From Psilocybe cubensis (taxonomy: Eukaryota), in assembly GCA_017499595.2 (NCBI GenBank), contig CM039004.1, positions 558,001 to 622,000 on the forward strand: DNA of 64,000 nucleotides, read 5' to 3'. The notes below the pieces were generated by a model that did no database searches, was not told the DNA's origin, and worked only from the letters and a program-made list of their open reading frames with translations. Shown here piece after piece: positions 53,021-64,000 of the stretch (position 1 is the stretch's first letter; each line of letters starts with the position of its first letter). Both the position numbers and the translations under genes were made by a program.

Positions 53021-55079
53021 GCTTTTAATTTGGTAACTGTCTGGCGGATTAGCAGGCATTTAAGTAGGTCAATGTGAGTTAGGTTAGCGACAGCCCATGC
53101 GCACCGTGCTCTACATTTACAATGCACGATTTTCTATGCTTGTAACCAGTTTTTCTGGCAACTTGTTCAAGCTTTGTTCTAACAGTGTATCCCGCCCGTG
53201 CACGGCGACGATGCGAATTTACAGAGTTTCTGTTAAAATCCATCCGATATTCTTTGTGTGCTCAGCATTGAATTTTGGTTAGCAGTGTAGTTTCAAGTTT
53301 CTGCGCTTGGATGGAAAGCGGCTTGCTTGCCTAGGAATTGTATCTTCTACGCCACAATCTTCGAACACGACCACTGGACCTTTCCCGCACAGTTCAAAAG
53401 TGCATGATTTGAGTCAGACCGTGCAGAGTCCAGACGCTTGCGCTAATGCCCTCCCAACCATGGAAGAGCCCCGTGAACGAACTCCCGAAATCTTAGGGAT
53501 TCGCATATGGTATATGGGAGGACAGTACCTTCCGTCTCGCGCACCGCTCAATATGTTCAGGGTTCAGGATCCCCCGTCCGTTAGGGATGCTACGCTAGGC
53601 ACGAGCACGAGCTAAGTTAGCCTGATTTTTGTCGATTATAGGATCGGCAAGTTGTTTACCCGACGTCTTTCACTAGATGAGAGAATATCAAGGCACTCAG
53701 GGGATATTTCTCACTAGTCTGAATGATACTAGCTTCCTTGTGGTAGCTAAACTTTTAATTAATTAAGATCTGCCCAACGCGTACAACATGATTTGGACTT
53801 ACGAGCTGGAGCGGGTTTGAATGCTAGCACCCAGATTGGGCAATTCCTAGTTCGAAGGTATACTGCTTTTGTGGAATGGCGTTGAAGAGCGTTGAAGATA
53901 TAGCGTACTGTTGACGAATCTCCAAAGCAAGAAAACCAGGACCTGCTCCTCGCTTTTCGGAACCCCACGGAACCCTAAACTGCCTCGTTTGTGGTATACA
54001 TCATTCAGGTAACGGTTCTATAGAGAACCATAATAACAGAGATGAGGGTGAGGCTAAGCATGCTTGCTCTGATTAATTCGTTCCTATTTCGACTTCAGAT
54101 CATGGTTGCAAATCAGATGTTGGCTATCATGTAAATATTTTGAAACCAGAGACAACACCTTCGATGGTGGGGGCGTACACTGAAATACAATATGAAGTTT
54201 GAAGCGTTGGGGTTTTGAAACAGTAACTATGTTCGCAGGTGGTGAATCAATACTTCATAGTGGATGTTGGAAGGATGAATCGATGTTCGTCAGCGTAAAA
54301 GCGGGACTTAAACGTGACTATCAAAACGTGATGTGACAGTTCGCGATTCCGATCTTCTGCCAGCGCAATGTGACACAAACCGTTGTGGTTCTGAACTCAA
54401 AATCATACTGGCACTACACCAATGCATTGATTTACTGATTGAAGGATTGTGTACACCCTTCCGATTCTTTAAGACGCCATCTGTGTCATTTGCCCGTTAT
54501 CAAACTGTTATCCAATCATGCAAGAACGGCAACCGCGCATTGCAAACTAAAGGGAAGCTTAAAAGTACGTGGAATGGACTAAAGATGTATACTGTGCGCT
54601 AAGCACTAATCAACGCTGCGGTTCGGTGTCCTGGAAGTATACAGACTGAACATGTGATAGCACTGCACTCGCTTTACCGTCACCATCAATTGTCAAAGTC
54701 CAGTTCAGGTGTTTAACTGCATCGGAGCTCACTGTTCTCTCACTACCAATCAGGGAACATAACGAGCTGATATGGGATATAGGCAGCATGAGGCTTTGCA
54801 TTGTCTTCGCGATCCAGGGTCCAAGTTCCCTTAGGTCATTTGAGGTCAGTTTGGCGTAGTCTCAACTGACGTATCGGTGTCAGTTTTCCTCACCCCGCCC
54901 TCGCTCGCTGTAGCTCAGAAGCGAGACCTTTTCCTACTAGAACTATAAGAATTTCCTGGTATAGGACGAGTCGCTCGTCTAGCTCCCTTTACACTTTCCA
55001 CTAGTTCAACACCGATATTTGGATAAAAGGTTTGTGTGCTGCTGTGCAATGTATCTTGCGACCCGCTGCTTACCAGGAA

Positions 55080-57359
55080 ATGCATATCCTGTACAGTATC
55101 ATTGGACTTTCATGTGGCCTTCGTGCCTACGCCCTCATGATAGGCCCATCGGCTAATTTGATCATTGGAAACAAAGCCATCGCTCCCGATGGATACAAAC
55201 GCTCGTAATTTTTTTTATCCAAATCGTCGTAGCCAGGATGTCCTAATGTCTCGCAGTGCTGTTTTGGCTGGTGCATCTTTCAATACGTTATCCTTTCCCG
55301 GACCTGTGATCAGGGCAACAAAGGTGCGGTGAACGATAATGATATGAAGCAGACTTACATGGTGCATTTTTCCAGGGTGACACGCTGCAAATAAACGTCG
55401 TAGATCAGTTGACCGATTCCACCATGTTAATGGGTACAAGCATCGTAAGTATCTTTGTTCTATGCTCGTCTTAACGTTCTTACACTTTGTGTAGCACTGG
55501 CATGGGTTCTACCAGAAAGGGACTAGTTGGGCAGACGGCGTTGTGGGTGTAACTCAGTGCCCTATTGCTCCTGGTCACTCTTTCTTGTATCAATTTCCCA
55601 CAGCCGACCAGGCTGGGACTTTCTGGTACCATTCTCATTATTGTGCGCATTCAAAGTGAAAATTCCGGACGTTGTGCTTGACAAGGTTATTCTATAGCTA
55701 CACAGTATTGTGATGGCCTTAGAGGTGCCTTGATTGTGTATGATCCAACTGATCCCTATCGGACCTGGTGCGTTCATTGGCATTACTCTGAGTCATATCT
55801 CAAATTTAATGTCTCTAGGTATGATTTCGACGATGGCAAGTCGTTTTTACGCCCGAACTGCACAAGTTGATAACCATTGCATCCTAATTTCAGAAACGAC
55901 GATTATTACGCTTGCAGACTGGTGAGCCTACATAAAACTGGTAATCAGGCTCTCTTAAACTAAACCCATCTCCATGTAAAGGTATCATCTGGCTTCTCCC
56001 CAACAGTCTCTTCCCGCTAATATAAACTCGGTTTTGATCAACGGACAAGGACGCTTTCCAGGAGGACCCGAATCTCCACTGTCAGTTATAAAGGTGGTTC
56101 CAAACAAGCGTTACCGATTCCGTTTAATCTCTATGTCCTGTGATCCTGCATTTACTTTCTCAATTGACGGACATCCGATGGTAAGTCATATTTCATCAGT
56201 AAGATATATCAAACATACTAAAAAAGAATAGACTGTTATTGAGGCTGACTCCCAGAGCGTACAACCTCTTACGGTTAATGAGATTACCATCCACGCCGGT
56301 CAAAGATATTCCTTCATTCTTTATGCCAACAATCCCATCGGGAACTACTGGATTCGGTCGCACCCCAACGATGATGGATTGAAAGGCTATGCAGGAGGCA
56401 TTAACTCTGCCATACTGCGTTACTACGGCGCACCCACTAAAGACCCAACCACGTCAAAGGCTTCCGTCTCGAATCCTTTGATTGAGGCAAATCTACGACC
56501 CCTCTACAATCCTGCTGCTCCCGGAATTCCATCCCCAGGAGCTGCCGACGTCAATATTAATTTAGAAATCACTTACAACAACGACACTCAGAAATTTCTC
56601 GTCAATAACGTTCCCTTCGCAGACGTCCCGGTTCCAGTGTTGCTTCAAATTCTCAGTGGAGGACAGTCAGCAATTGATTTACTCCCAGCTGGATCAGTAT
56701 ATACACTTCCCCCGAACAAAGTTATAGAAATTTCTATGCCCGGTGGTAGCACTGGAAGCCCGGTAACATTTTCTCGATTTGTATGTATTATTTACGATCT
56801 CTCACTTTGACAATTGTAGCATCCTATGCATTTACACGGTGTAAGTGATCAAACTTTGAATGTAGCTGACGTTTCCGATGACTCTCTGTAGCACGACTTC
56901 TCGGTTGTGCGAAGCGCCGGTAGCAAACAATACAATTATGTGAATCCTGTTAGGCGCGATGTGGTTAACCTAGGCGAAAGTAGAGCTGAAGATAACGTCA
57001 CCGTACGCTTCAAGACCGACAACTCTGGCCCTTGGATTCTTCATTGGTATGTTCACTATCATTATATATGATCATCTGTCCATGTACTAAGGAAGCATAT
57101 GTGAGCCACATTGATTGGCATCTTGAAGCGTAAGTTCGCTTGCTCATCAACCGGTTTGCGTAACGAAACTGCACACATTGTTTCTAGTGGTTTGGCTGTT
57201 GTGTTCGCGGAGGATGCTCCGTCAGTCAAGCTCAGCAATCCCCCTCGTATGTCTTCTTTTAATATAAATCTAAAAATTCTGACTTAGCCAAACTACCTAG
57301 CTGCTTGGGATCAACTTTGTCCTATCTATAACGCTTTACCGCCTCAAACCTTTCACTGA
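55080..57359 (+). CDS. Laccase (AA1_1), PsiL-like paralogue A
   Basis: [74 protein letters not shown]. Confidence 0.95.
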
Positions 57360-58911
57360 CAAACATCCTAACCAAAACTGTGTTTAGGGCTTGGAAATTT
57401 CATTGTAACAGAAGCTTCTGATTGCTAGGACTCATGCATCAAATGTTCAACTTCGCGCCTTTTGATTTGGTCAACGCATTGTTGCTGTACTGTAGATGGA
57501 AGTAGTATCTTTTTCTATTTCAATGCTACAATTGGTGGTTGAGGCCAGATAGTTTGAGTTAGCTTGAGCTGTAAACTCCTCCCTACAACGTACTACTTGT
57601 CTTTACCTCCAACAACTGGCGATCAGAGGAAAGATGTGGCTTGTTGTGCCGATAGGCGCTCCTAATTTACATTCCGTCTCATCTCTGAGAACATTTTCAG
57701 CCAGTCCTCACCATTATGACCATACCTGACAAGGTTAAGTAACGTATCCTGTCATGGCTTTGAACTAAACTATCAAGAACAGTCATACATATGTCTAAAC
57801 CTTTCCCAATTGTTCGCGATGTACACCGATGACAACGCGCTCAAAAGCGATTTACACCCTCAATCGTATACCCTTGAATCGTTCCAGACATTCCTATGCC
57901 CGTACTAACCCATTTACCACGGATCTATACGAGACAATTGCGCGAATACATTGACACGTTACGTTAAACACTGGATGGGTTCGGACGCGCGATCCCACGT
58001 CAGACGCATGATACCCAATCGCAGGGCGTCAACCCAATCGTACGGCGCATCGGTGGCCTTAAATGCGGCATTAGTACTTCCATTTTTATCGATACAGTGT
58101 ATGTCAACGCTTAAAATAAATGCATGAAATGTGAATCGGACAATGAATAATATGCCTTCTTTGAATTACGAGAACACCATGTTTCCGAAAGGCCTACTCA
58201 GGCGCAATCCAATGTACTTTTTAGAGGTATTATTATGGACTCTACCTCTCTGAATATCTGAGATGCGCATTGCAATAAAATGGAATTGCAACAAATAACG
58301 AGACTTTTAAAGTTGAAAGTCTGTCTATTTTCAGAATAGGTATATCAATTTTTTCAACTTTATCCTTTCCCAAGGTGGAAGACAAGAGGAATGGTAAATA
58401 TTCCGGTGAAATGAAATCCCGAAGTAACATCGGCTGCTGCAGAATATTCTCCTAACAAGAACAACAAACTTAATCAGCAAAACGATTTGTGCCGGATGAA
58501 GGCCGCCACTGCCTATCCACCCAAATTGAAGCATCTCTTTGTTGATGTAATGAAGAGACGCTTCTCTTTGACCTGAAATGCACATTTAGGCTGAGCGAAA
58601 TAGACCGTTCTAGTCTTGACTTGACGCAGTGAATTGAAGCCAGTATTTGGTAAACCAGTGGAAGTAGTTTCACCTCGAGTAAATCAGGCATTATCGGGTC
58701 CATAACCCAAAGAGACTTCAGGAAAATTTGAATCTCCTTCCGCTACAAGGATTAGATGAATTCGCAATAATTGAATGACAAGGTGGTTCTAGACTGGTAT
58801 GAGGATTGCACAAATGAACTGTTATTAAATAATCCATGGTTTCTACTCATATAAAAGCTTTGATTCAACGAACCTTTACAGTATCTCTTGCTATTCTGCA
58901 CTCTTCAGAAA

Positions 58912-61223
58912 ATGCATCTTCTCAAAGGCCTCATAGCCCTTGGATGGGTACTTCAAGCCTACGCTGTTGCAATAGGTCCGACCACCAATTTGGTTATCGG
59001 AAATCAAGTCATAGCTCCTGATGGACTTAGGCGCTCGTAAGTTATTTACAATATTTTCCGAGTTAATTTGTTCTGATCACTCTGATTCACAGAGCCGTGT
59101 TGGCTGGAGCCTCAGCCAGCACTCTATCCTTCCCCGGACCTGTAATTCGGGCTACAAAGGTGTGTTGGTTGATGTGTTGTGATGTGGCGAGCAATAAATT
59201 CACAGTGTGCATTTTACTAGGGTGATACGTTGCAGGTGAACGTCATAGATCAATTGACGGATACTAGCATGTTGACTGGAACGAGTATTGTAAGTGTTAT
59301 TAAATGATTGTTGCCTACATATTGGCCAATATTTCTATAGCACTGGCACGGCATTCACCAAAAAGGAACCAGTTGGGCAGATGGCGTTGTTGGCGTGACT
59401 CAATGCCCAATTGCTCCTGGCAAGTCTTTCCTGTATAAATTTCCTACAGCCGAGCAAGCTGGGACTTTCTGGTACCATTCCCACTATTGTGCGTATAAAC
59501 TCAGGATATTGTTGTAATGCTTCTAACAAAATTCTTATATAGCTACTCAATATTGCGACGGCCTTAGAGGAGCTTTGATTGTTTACGATCCAGAGGATCC
59601 CTACCGAACTTGGTGAGACTATCGACCATCATTCTAGAATATACTGATTTTTTAACATTCCTTTGTAGGTATGACATTGATGATGGTATGTCGTCCACCT
59701 ACTGGGAGTCGTTGATAATTCAATTCATATTCAAATGCTTGCCGCAGAATCGACAGTGATTACCCTTGCAGATTGGTGAGTCCACAAAATTTGAACAACC
59801 TAAGCATAATTTCATATCCGTTTCCTCAAAACTCAGGTATCACAAAGTTGCTCATTTAGAGCCTATCCCTACTGAAGCAGACGCTACTTTGATCAACGGA
59901 AAGGGTCGCTATCCTGGCGGTCCTGCTTCGCCCCTGTCGGTTATTAATGTGGTTCCCAACAAGCGTTATCGTTTCCGTTTGGTCTCAATGTCGTGCGATC
60001 CTGCATTTACTTTCTCAATTGACGGACACCCCCTGGCAAGTATTTCTTAAAATTAACATATAACCCATACACTTATTATTTTGATAGACTGTTATCGAGG
60101 CCGACTCTCAGAGCGTACAACCTCTTACGGTTAACGAAATTACCATCTACGCAGGCCAAAGGTATTCCTTTGTTCTCTATGCCAACAACCCCGTCGGAAA
60201 CTACTGGATCCGAGCACTTCCCGATGAAGATGGTCCTTCTAAAGATCTATTTAAGAATGGAATCAATTCTGCCATCCTCCGTTACAGTGGTGCACCAGCT
60301 GTCGACCCAACAACACAGAAAGCATCTCCTGCCAATCCACTAGTTGAGGCAAATCTGCGACCTCTCTACAATCCTGCCGCTCCAGGTGTTCCTTCCCCAG
60401 GAAAAGCCGACGTCAACCTCAAGATAGGCATCACTTTCAACAATACAACCAGCAAGTTTTTTGTCAATAATGCCACCTTCACGGAAGTCAAAGTTCCAGT
60501 ATTGCTCCAAATTCTTAGCAAGAAATACCAGCCCAATCAGCTTCTCCCTGCCGGATCAGTATACACTCTCCCTCCTAACAAAGTCATAGAAATATCTATG
60601 CCTGGTGGGAGTACTGGAAGCCCGGTAAGCTTCTCTCTGCTCATGTATATTGTTTCCTCTCTCTTACTTGGCGCTTGTAGCATCCTATGCATCTGCACGG
60701 CGTACGATACTGATTTTTAGTATGGCAGACTTGACACTGACTACTCTCTGTAGCATGATTTCTACGTCGTGAGAAGCGCCGGCAGCTCACAATACAATTA
60801 TGTAAATCCTGTCAGGCGCGACGTCGTTAACATAGGCCGAAACCTCACGGATAACGTTACCATACGTTTCAAGACTGATAACTCTGGCCCATGGATCCTA
60901 CATTGGTAAGTCTACAAATAATACTATACTGTCCACCTGTTCATACACTAACGAGCGCACATCAGCCACATAGACTGGCATCTTGAAGCGTAAGTATCCA
61001 AACTCATTTTCATCCGGTGACTAGTATAACTAAAAAGACACGTATTCTCCAGCGGTTTGGCCGTGGTTTTCGCAGAGGATTTCGCATCTATTCAACTCAG
61101 CAAGCCTCCTCGTATGCATTTATTTATATGTTCCCTGATATATTGACTAAGTCCGTCTGTCTAGCGGCTTGGGATCAACTTTGCCCTACCTTCGACGCTT
61201 TACCTCCCCAAAAATTCACCTGA
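58912..61223 (+). CDS. Laccase (AA1_1), PsiL-like paralogue B
   Basis: [23 protein letters not shown]...; all four copper motifs intact; [25 protein letters not shown] ~58850. Confidence 0.95.
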
Positions 61224-63066
61224 TCAACATATTTGATCGGGGCTTGGGGTCTACCATTGATGAATAGGGTCTATGGTTAGCAATAATATCAAGTGTACCG
61301 TGTACCAAGTGTTCAAGTTTGACTCGACCTAGTGAATTGTTTGTTACTGTGCTTTGAATATATCTTCGTACAAATGTTAAGCAAGTTCTTTGCAGTCCAT
61401 TCATTTTGCATAGTAGCCGCAAGAATGAACTTAGCTCACGGACTGACCAACAATCAGCGTTAGAAACTAGACGTTTTTCTGAATTTCCGATGTAGAATAT
61501 GCTACTCGCTTCACTCATTTCGCGCACCCTACGCAGGCGATCAGCGAAATCGTTGTGTTTTCCGCGTGTTGGCACCTGGATGGGGGTGGATGGTTGTAAG
61601 AGCATGATAAGGAAAAGGGCTTGTATACGACTATGACACACCACGCCAACATCGTGCCTAAGAGGGAGCAGAATACACTGCTCACATCAATTGACACTAC
61701 ATGATGGTTCAATGATGAGCTAGGAAAAGAACGGCAGAAGGCGCTCAGACCAATCCATCCCTGTCACCATATTGGATGCTATAAACACCGCCAGGTACGT
61801 CTTAGACTGACGAACAGCACACTGGCAAGCCTTACCTCATTTCCACCCACATTGACCGCGGAGAAACATCTAGGAGCCCCATCATAGTCTGCAGAAATGA
61901 CAGCCGAAAGTGGTGGGGGATTATATGAATGATAGGGTGTGCATAAGTATGAGTGAGCATTGGGATATGCTACTCCTGGTTGGTATCTTTCAGGTTGAGA
62001 ACACTCATGATCCTTCAGCTGGCAGTGACTGTACCGAAAGTAAAGAAGGTTTAATTATCACTCACGGAATTTGTAGGTGTCCCTTTGTACGTTTCCCCTA
62101 TCAAACTATTCCCCTCCCTCCATACTCATTCCATCTCTTTGCGGTTGGCTTTGCTTCGTCGGTGGTGGGAGGGCGGTCGTTGACGTAGAGTCAACAAAAA
62201 AATACGACACACAACAGGTCACGCGCTGTCGGTCTATTTCAAATTCCGAACGATCACTATTGTAGCAAAAACTCCTCATCTACCAAAAATGGCACCCTTG
62301 ATCAACGAAGCCGACGGCGGATGCCGTCTAAACGACGCCCTACCCAAACCTATGATGAAGTTGGTCTGTTGTGTTACGGTAGAGGGATAGATAGAGGGAT
62401 ACTATACTAGGTTGTGAGAAATTGGATTCCGTGTATTTACTTTATGAAATGAACTCGCATCTTGCTAAACTAATGGATACAAAATGGATATGGTATCTCA
62501 TGAATCTGGGGCACATTCAGGACCATAACCTAAATAGACATGTGGAATACGTACAGAGTAATGCTCAAGAGGTTATTTTGGACACCTGAGAGTCAAGGAA
62601 GGTAGATTATGCCTGCAATACATGTTTACATTTAAAAACTAGAAGAAAGTAAGATTGCGATTGGGTGTAGAAAAGCTTGATGTAATACTGGAATAGCCTG
62701 AATACTTGTTAAAGGGTGAGCAGCAAGGCGTTGTGTAAAACTAAAGTTCAAGTCATGAGTAAAGTAGCAAAGGAGCTCAGAATCGCATTATACTTACCTA
62801 GTCAGACAAAAGTTGTAGGTGAACTGTAATTGCGATCAAGAACTGAAGCAAATTAAAGAACAAGGGGGAAAAGAAGGTACATTCATACCAACTCAAGTCA
62901 AAGTACCGATACATCGTTGCTATTCATACCAATGTTCCGCTGAAGCCATGGAAAAGATCGGTCATTAAATGTGCCGTTGTGCCTAGACCCCAATTCTCGT
63001 TAAACTGCCTGGTAGTATACTCGTATAAAAGGCTTGCTACAAAGATGTTCCTTTGCAAGTTTCAAG

Positions 63067-63515
63067 ATGAATTTTCTTCTAAGCATCGCTACCCTTGGAC
63101 TGGGACTTCAAGCCTATGCTGTCATGATAGGTCCCTCCGCGACTTTGGTTATCGGAAACAAAAACATAGCTCCCGACGGAATTAAGCGCTCGTAACTTGA
63201 CCTTTTATTTTGTTACTCGTTTTGTTCTAAACAATCGCAGGGCTGTTTTAGCTGGAACTTCACTGGACACTCTATCTTTCCCCGGACCTGTAATTCGGGC
63301 CACAAAGGTACGTAAATTAATGGCTATTGCAATTTCATGAGTGGGAAACCGAGTGTACAATTTCTCAGGGCGACACGCTGAGCTTGAACGTCGTCAATCA
63401 GTTAACTGATGCCACTATGCTGATGGGCACGAGCATCGTGAGTACCTTTGTCTAGCCCTCATTATATTTCTTGAAGGTTTCTTCAGCATTGGCATGGTTT
63501 TCATCAAAAAGGAAC
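63067..63515 (+). pseudogene. psiL: Laccase (probably psilocin-oxidising PsiL), exons 1-4, disrupted by a retroelement
   Basis: [97 protein letters not shown]; the paralogues continue SWADG, whereas this gene runs into T12 and stops at TAG 63571-63573; symbol from recalled PsiL N-terminus. Confidence 0.75.
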
Positions 63516-64000
63516 TTTTTTTTTTTTATTTTATGTTATAGCCTCTGAGGGGTGGGCCCCTCCCTTGGCTTAGTACTACCATTACAGTTTCTCTATATAG
63601 GTTGTAATCCTACTGTTCCATGTGTACTGTGTAAAGGAATAAGAAGTGTTGCTTATGAGAGATTACTAACATTTATTGCGGCGTGGTGTTTTCTGCGTGG
63701 GGTGCTGGAGTTGGAGTTGAAGGTTGAGGTTTCCTCTTCCGCTCCCGATATCGAGAGACTCGACACCAGGAGCCAAAGAGAAAAATGCCAGAGTGATAGA
63801 GCCGTTCTGTGATGTTCTTGTCTTCAAACCTAATGAGAATAGAAAGTCGGTCCTTCTGGAACTCCTCCCCATCGCGACAAAGAGCCCGTATTTGCCCTCG
63901 GATATCCTGCCTAGATACCCCTGCCTCATTTTCAAGTAATGACCATATGCTGTTTTTTGGAGTGGCGGAGTCGAAAGAGTCGCGAAGTGAATCGGCTGGG
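63516..64000 (-). mobile_element. Poly(A)-tailed non-LTR retroelement (3' end), antisense in the laccase exon; terminal ORF is ORF1/gag-like
   Basis: T12 at 63516-63527; 3' hairpin GAGGGG-N4-CCCCTC; open frame 63999-63673 (108 aa, not in the ORF track): ...KDRLSILIRFEDKNITERLYHSGIFLFGSWCRVSRYRERKRKPQ...*. Confidence 0.85.

Noticed and set aside
63516-63527. T12 as an intron polypyrimidine tract or homopolymer error
   Set aside because: There is no donor before it, the paralogues have no intron here, and the following sequence matches a retroelement tail seen at 36527.
63666-63935. 89-aa minus-strand ORF from the track as the retroelement protein
   Set aside because: It is an alternative frame. 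The overlapping frame 63999-63673 is longer, open to the window edge and carries the recognisable motif.
1-64000. Psilocybin biosynthesis cluster (psiD/K/M/H) or other secondary-metabolite backbone genes
   Set aside because: No decarboxylase, kinase, methyltransferase, P450, PKS, NRPS or terpene cyclase found; ERG9 is primary sterol metabolism.

Overview
Eukaryotic, intron-rich DNA from an agaric mushroom. The laccase at 63067 has an N-terminus that I recall as Psilocybe cubensis PsiL, so P. cubensis is likely; this needs BLAST confirmation. Left to right, the window holds: the 3' part of an intron-rich laccase; two tandem flavodoxin-like 1,4-benzoquinone reductases; deoxyribose-phosphate aldolase; three tandem class I hydrophobins; mitochondrial Hsp78/ClpB with an HSE array; an ankyrin-RCC1-BTB protein; four tRNA-Val(AAC); squalene synthase head-to-head with a 71-aa ORF resembling RNA polymerase I subunit A14; a family of uncharacterised 4-TM proteins; a DUF6593-like gene; a nested transposon complex (a decayed Tad-like LINE split by two DNA elements); a J-domain gene; three tRNA-Ile(AAT); a long-TIR MITE; and a tandem array of three related laccases. 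The main finding is that the last laccase (psiL-like) is interrupted in its HWHG exon by an antisense poly(A)-tailed retroelement. The element's terminal ORF looks like LINE ORF1/gag rather than reverse transcriptase, and it shares a ~55-nt 3' hairpin tail with the Tad-like LINE relic at 36.5-40 kb. This suggests an ORF1-only non-autonomous partner element.
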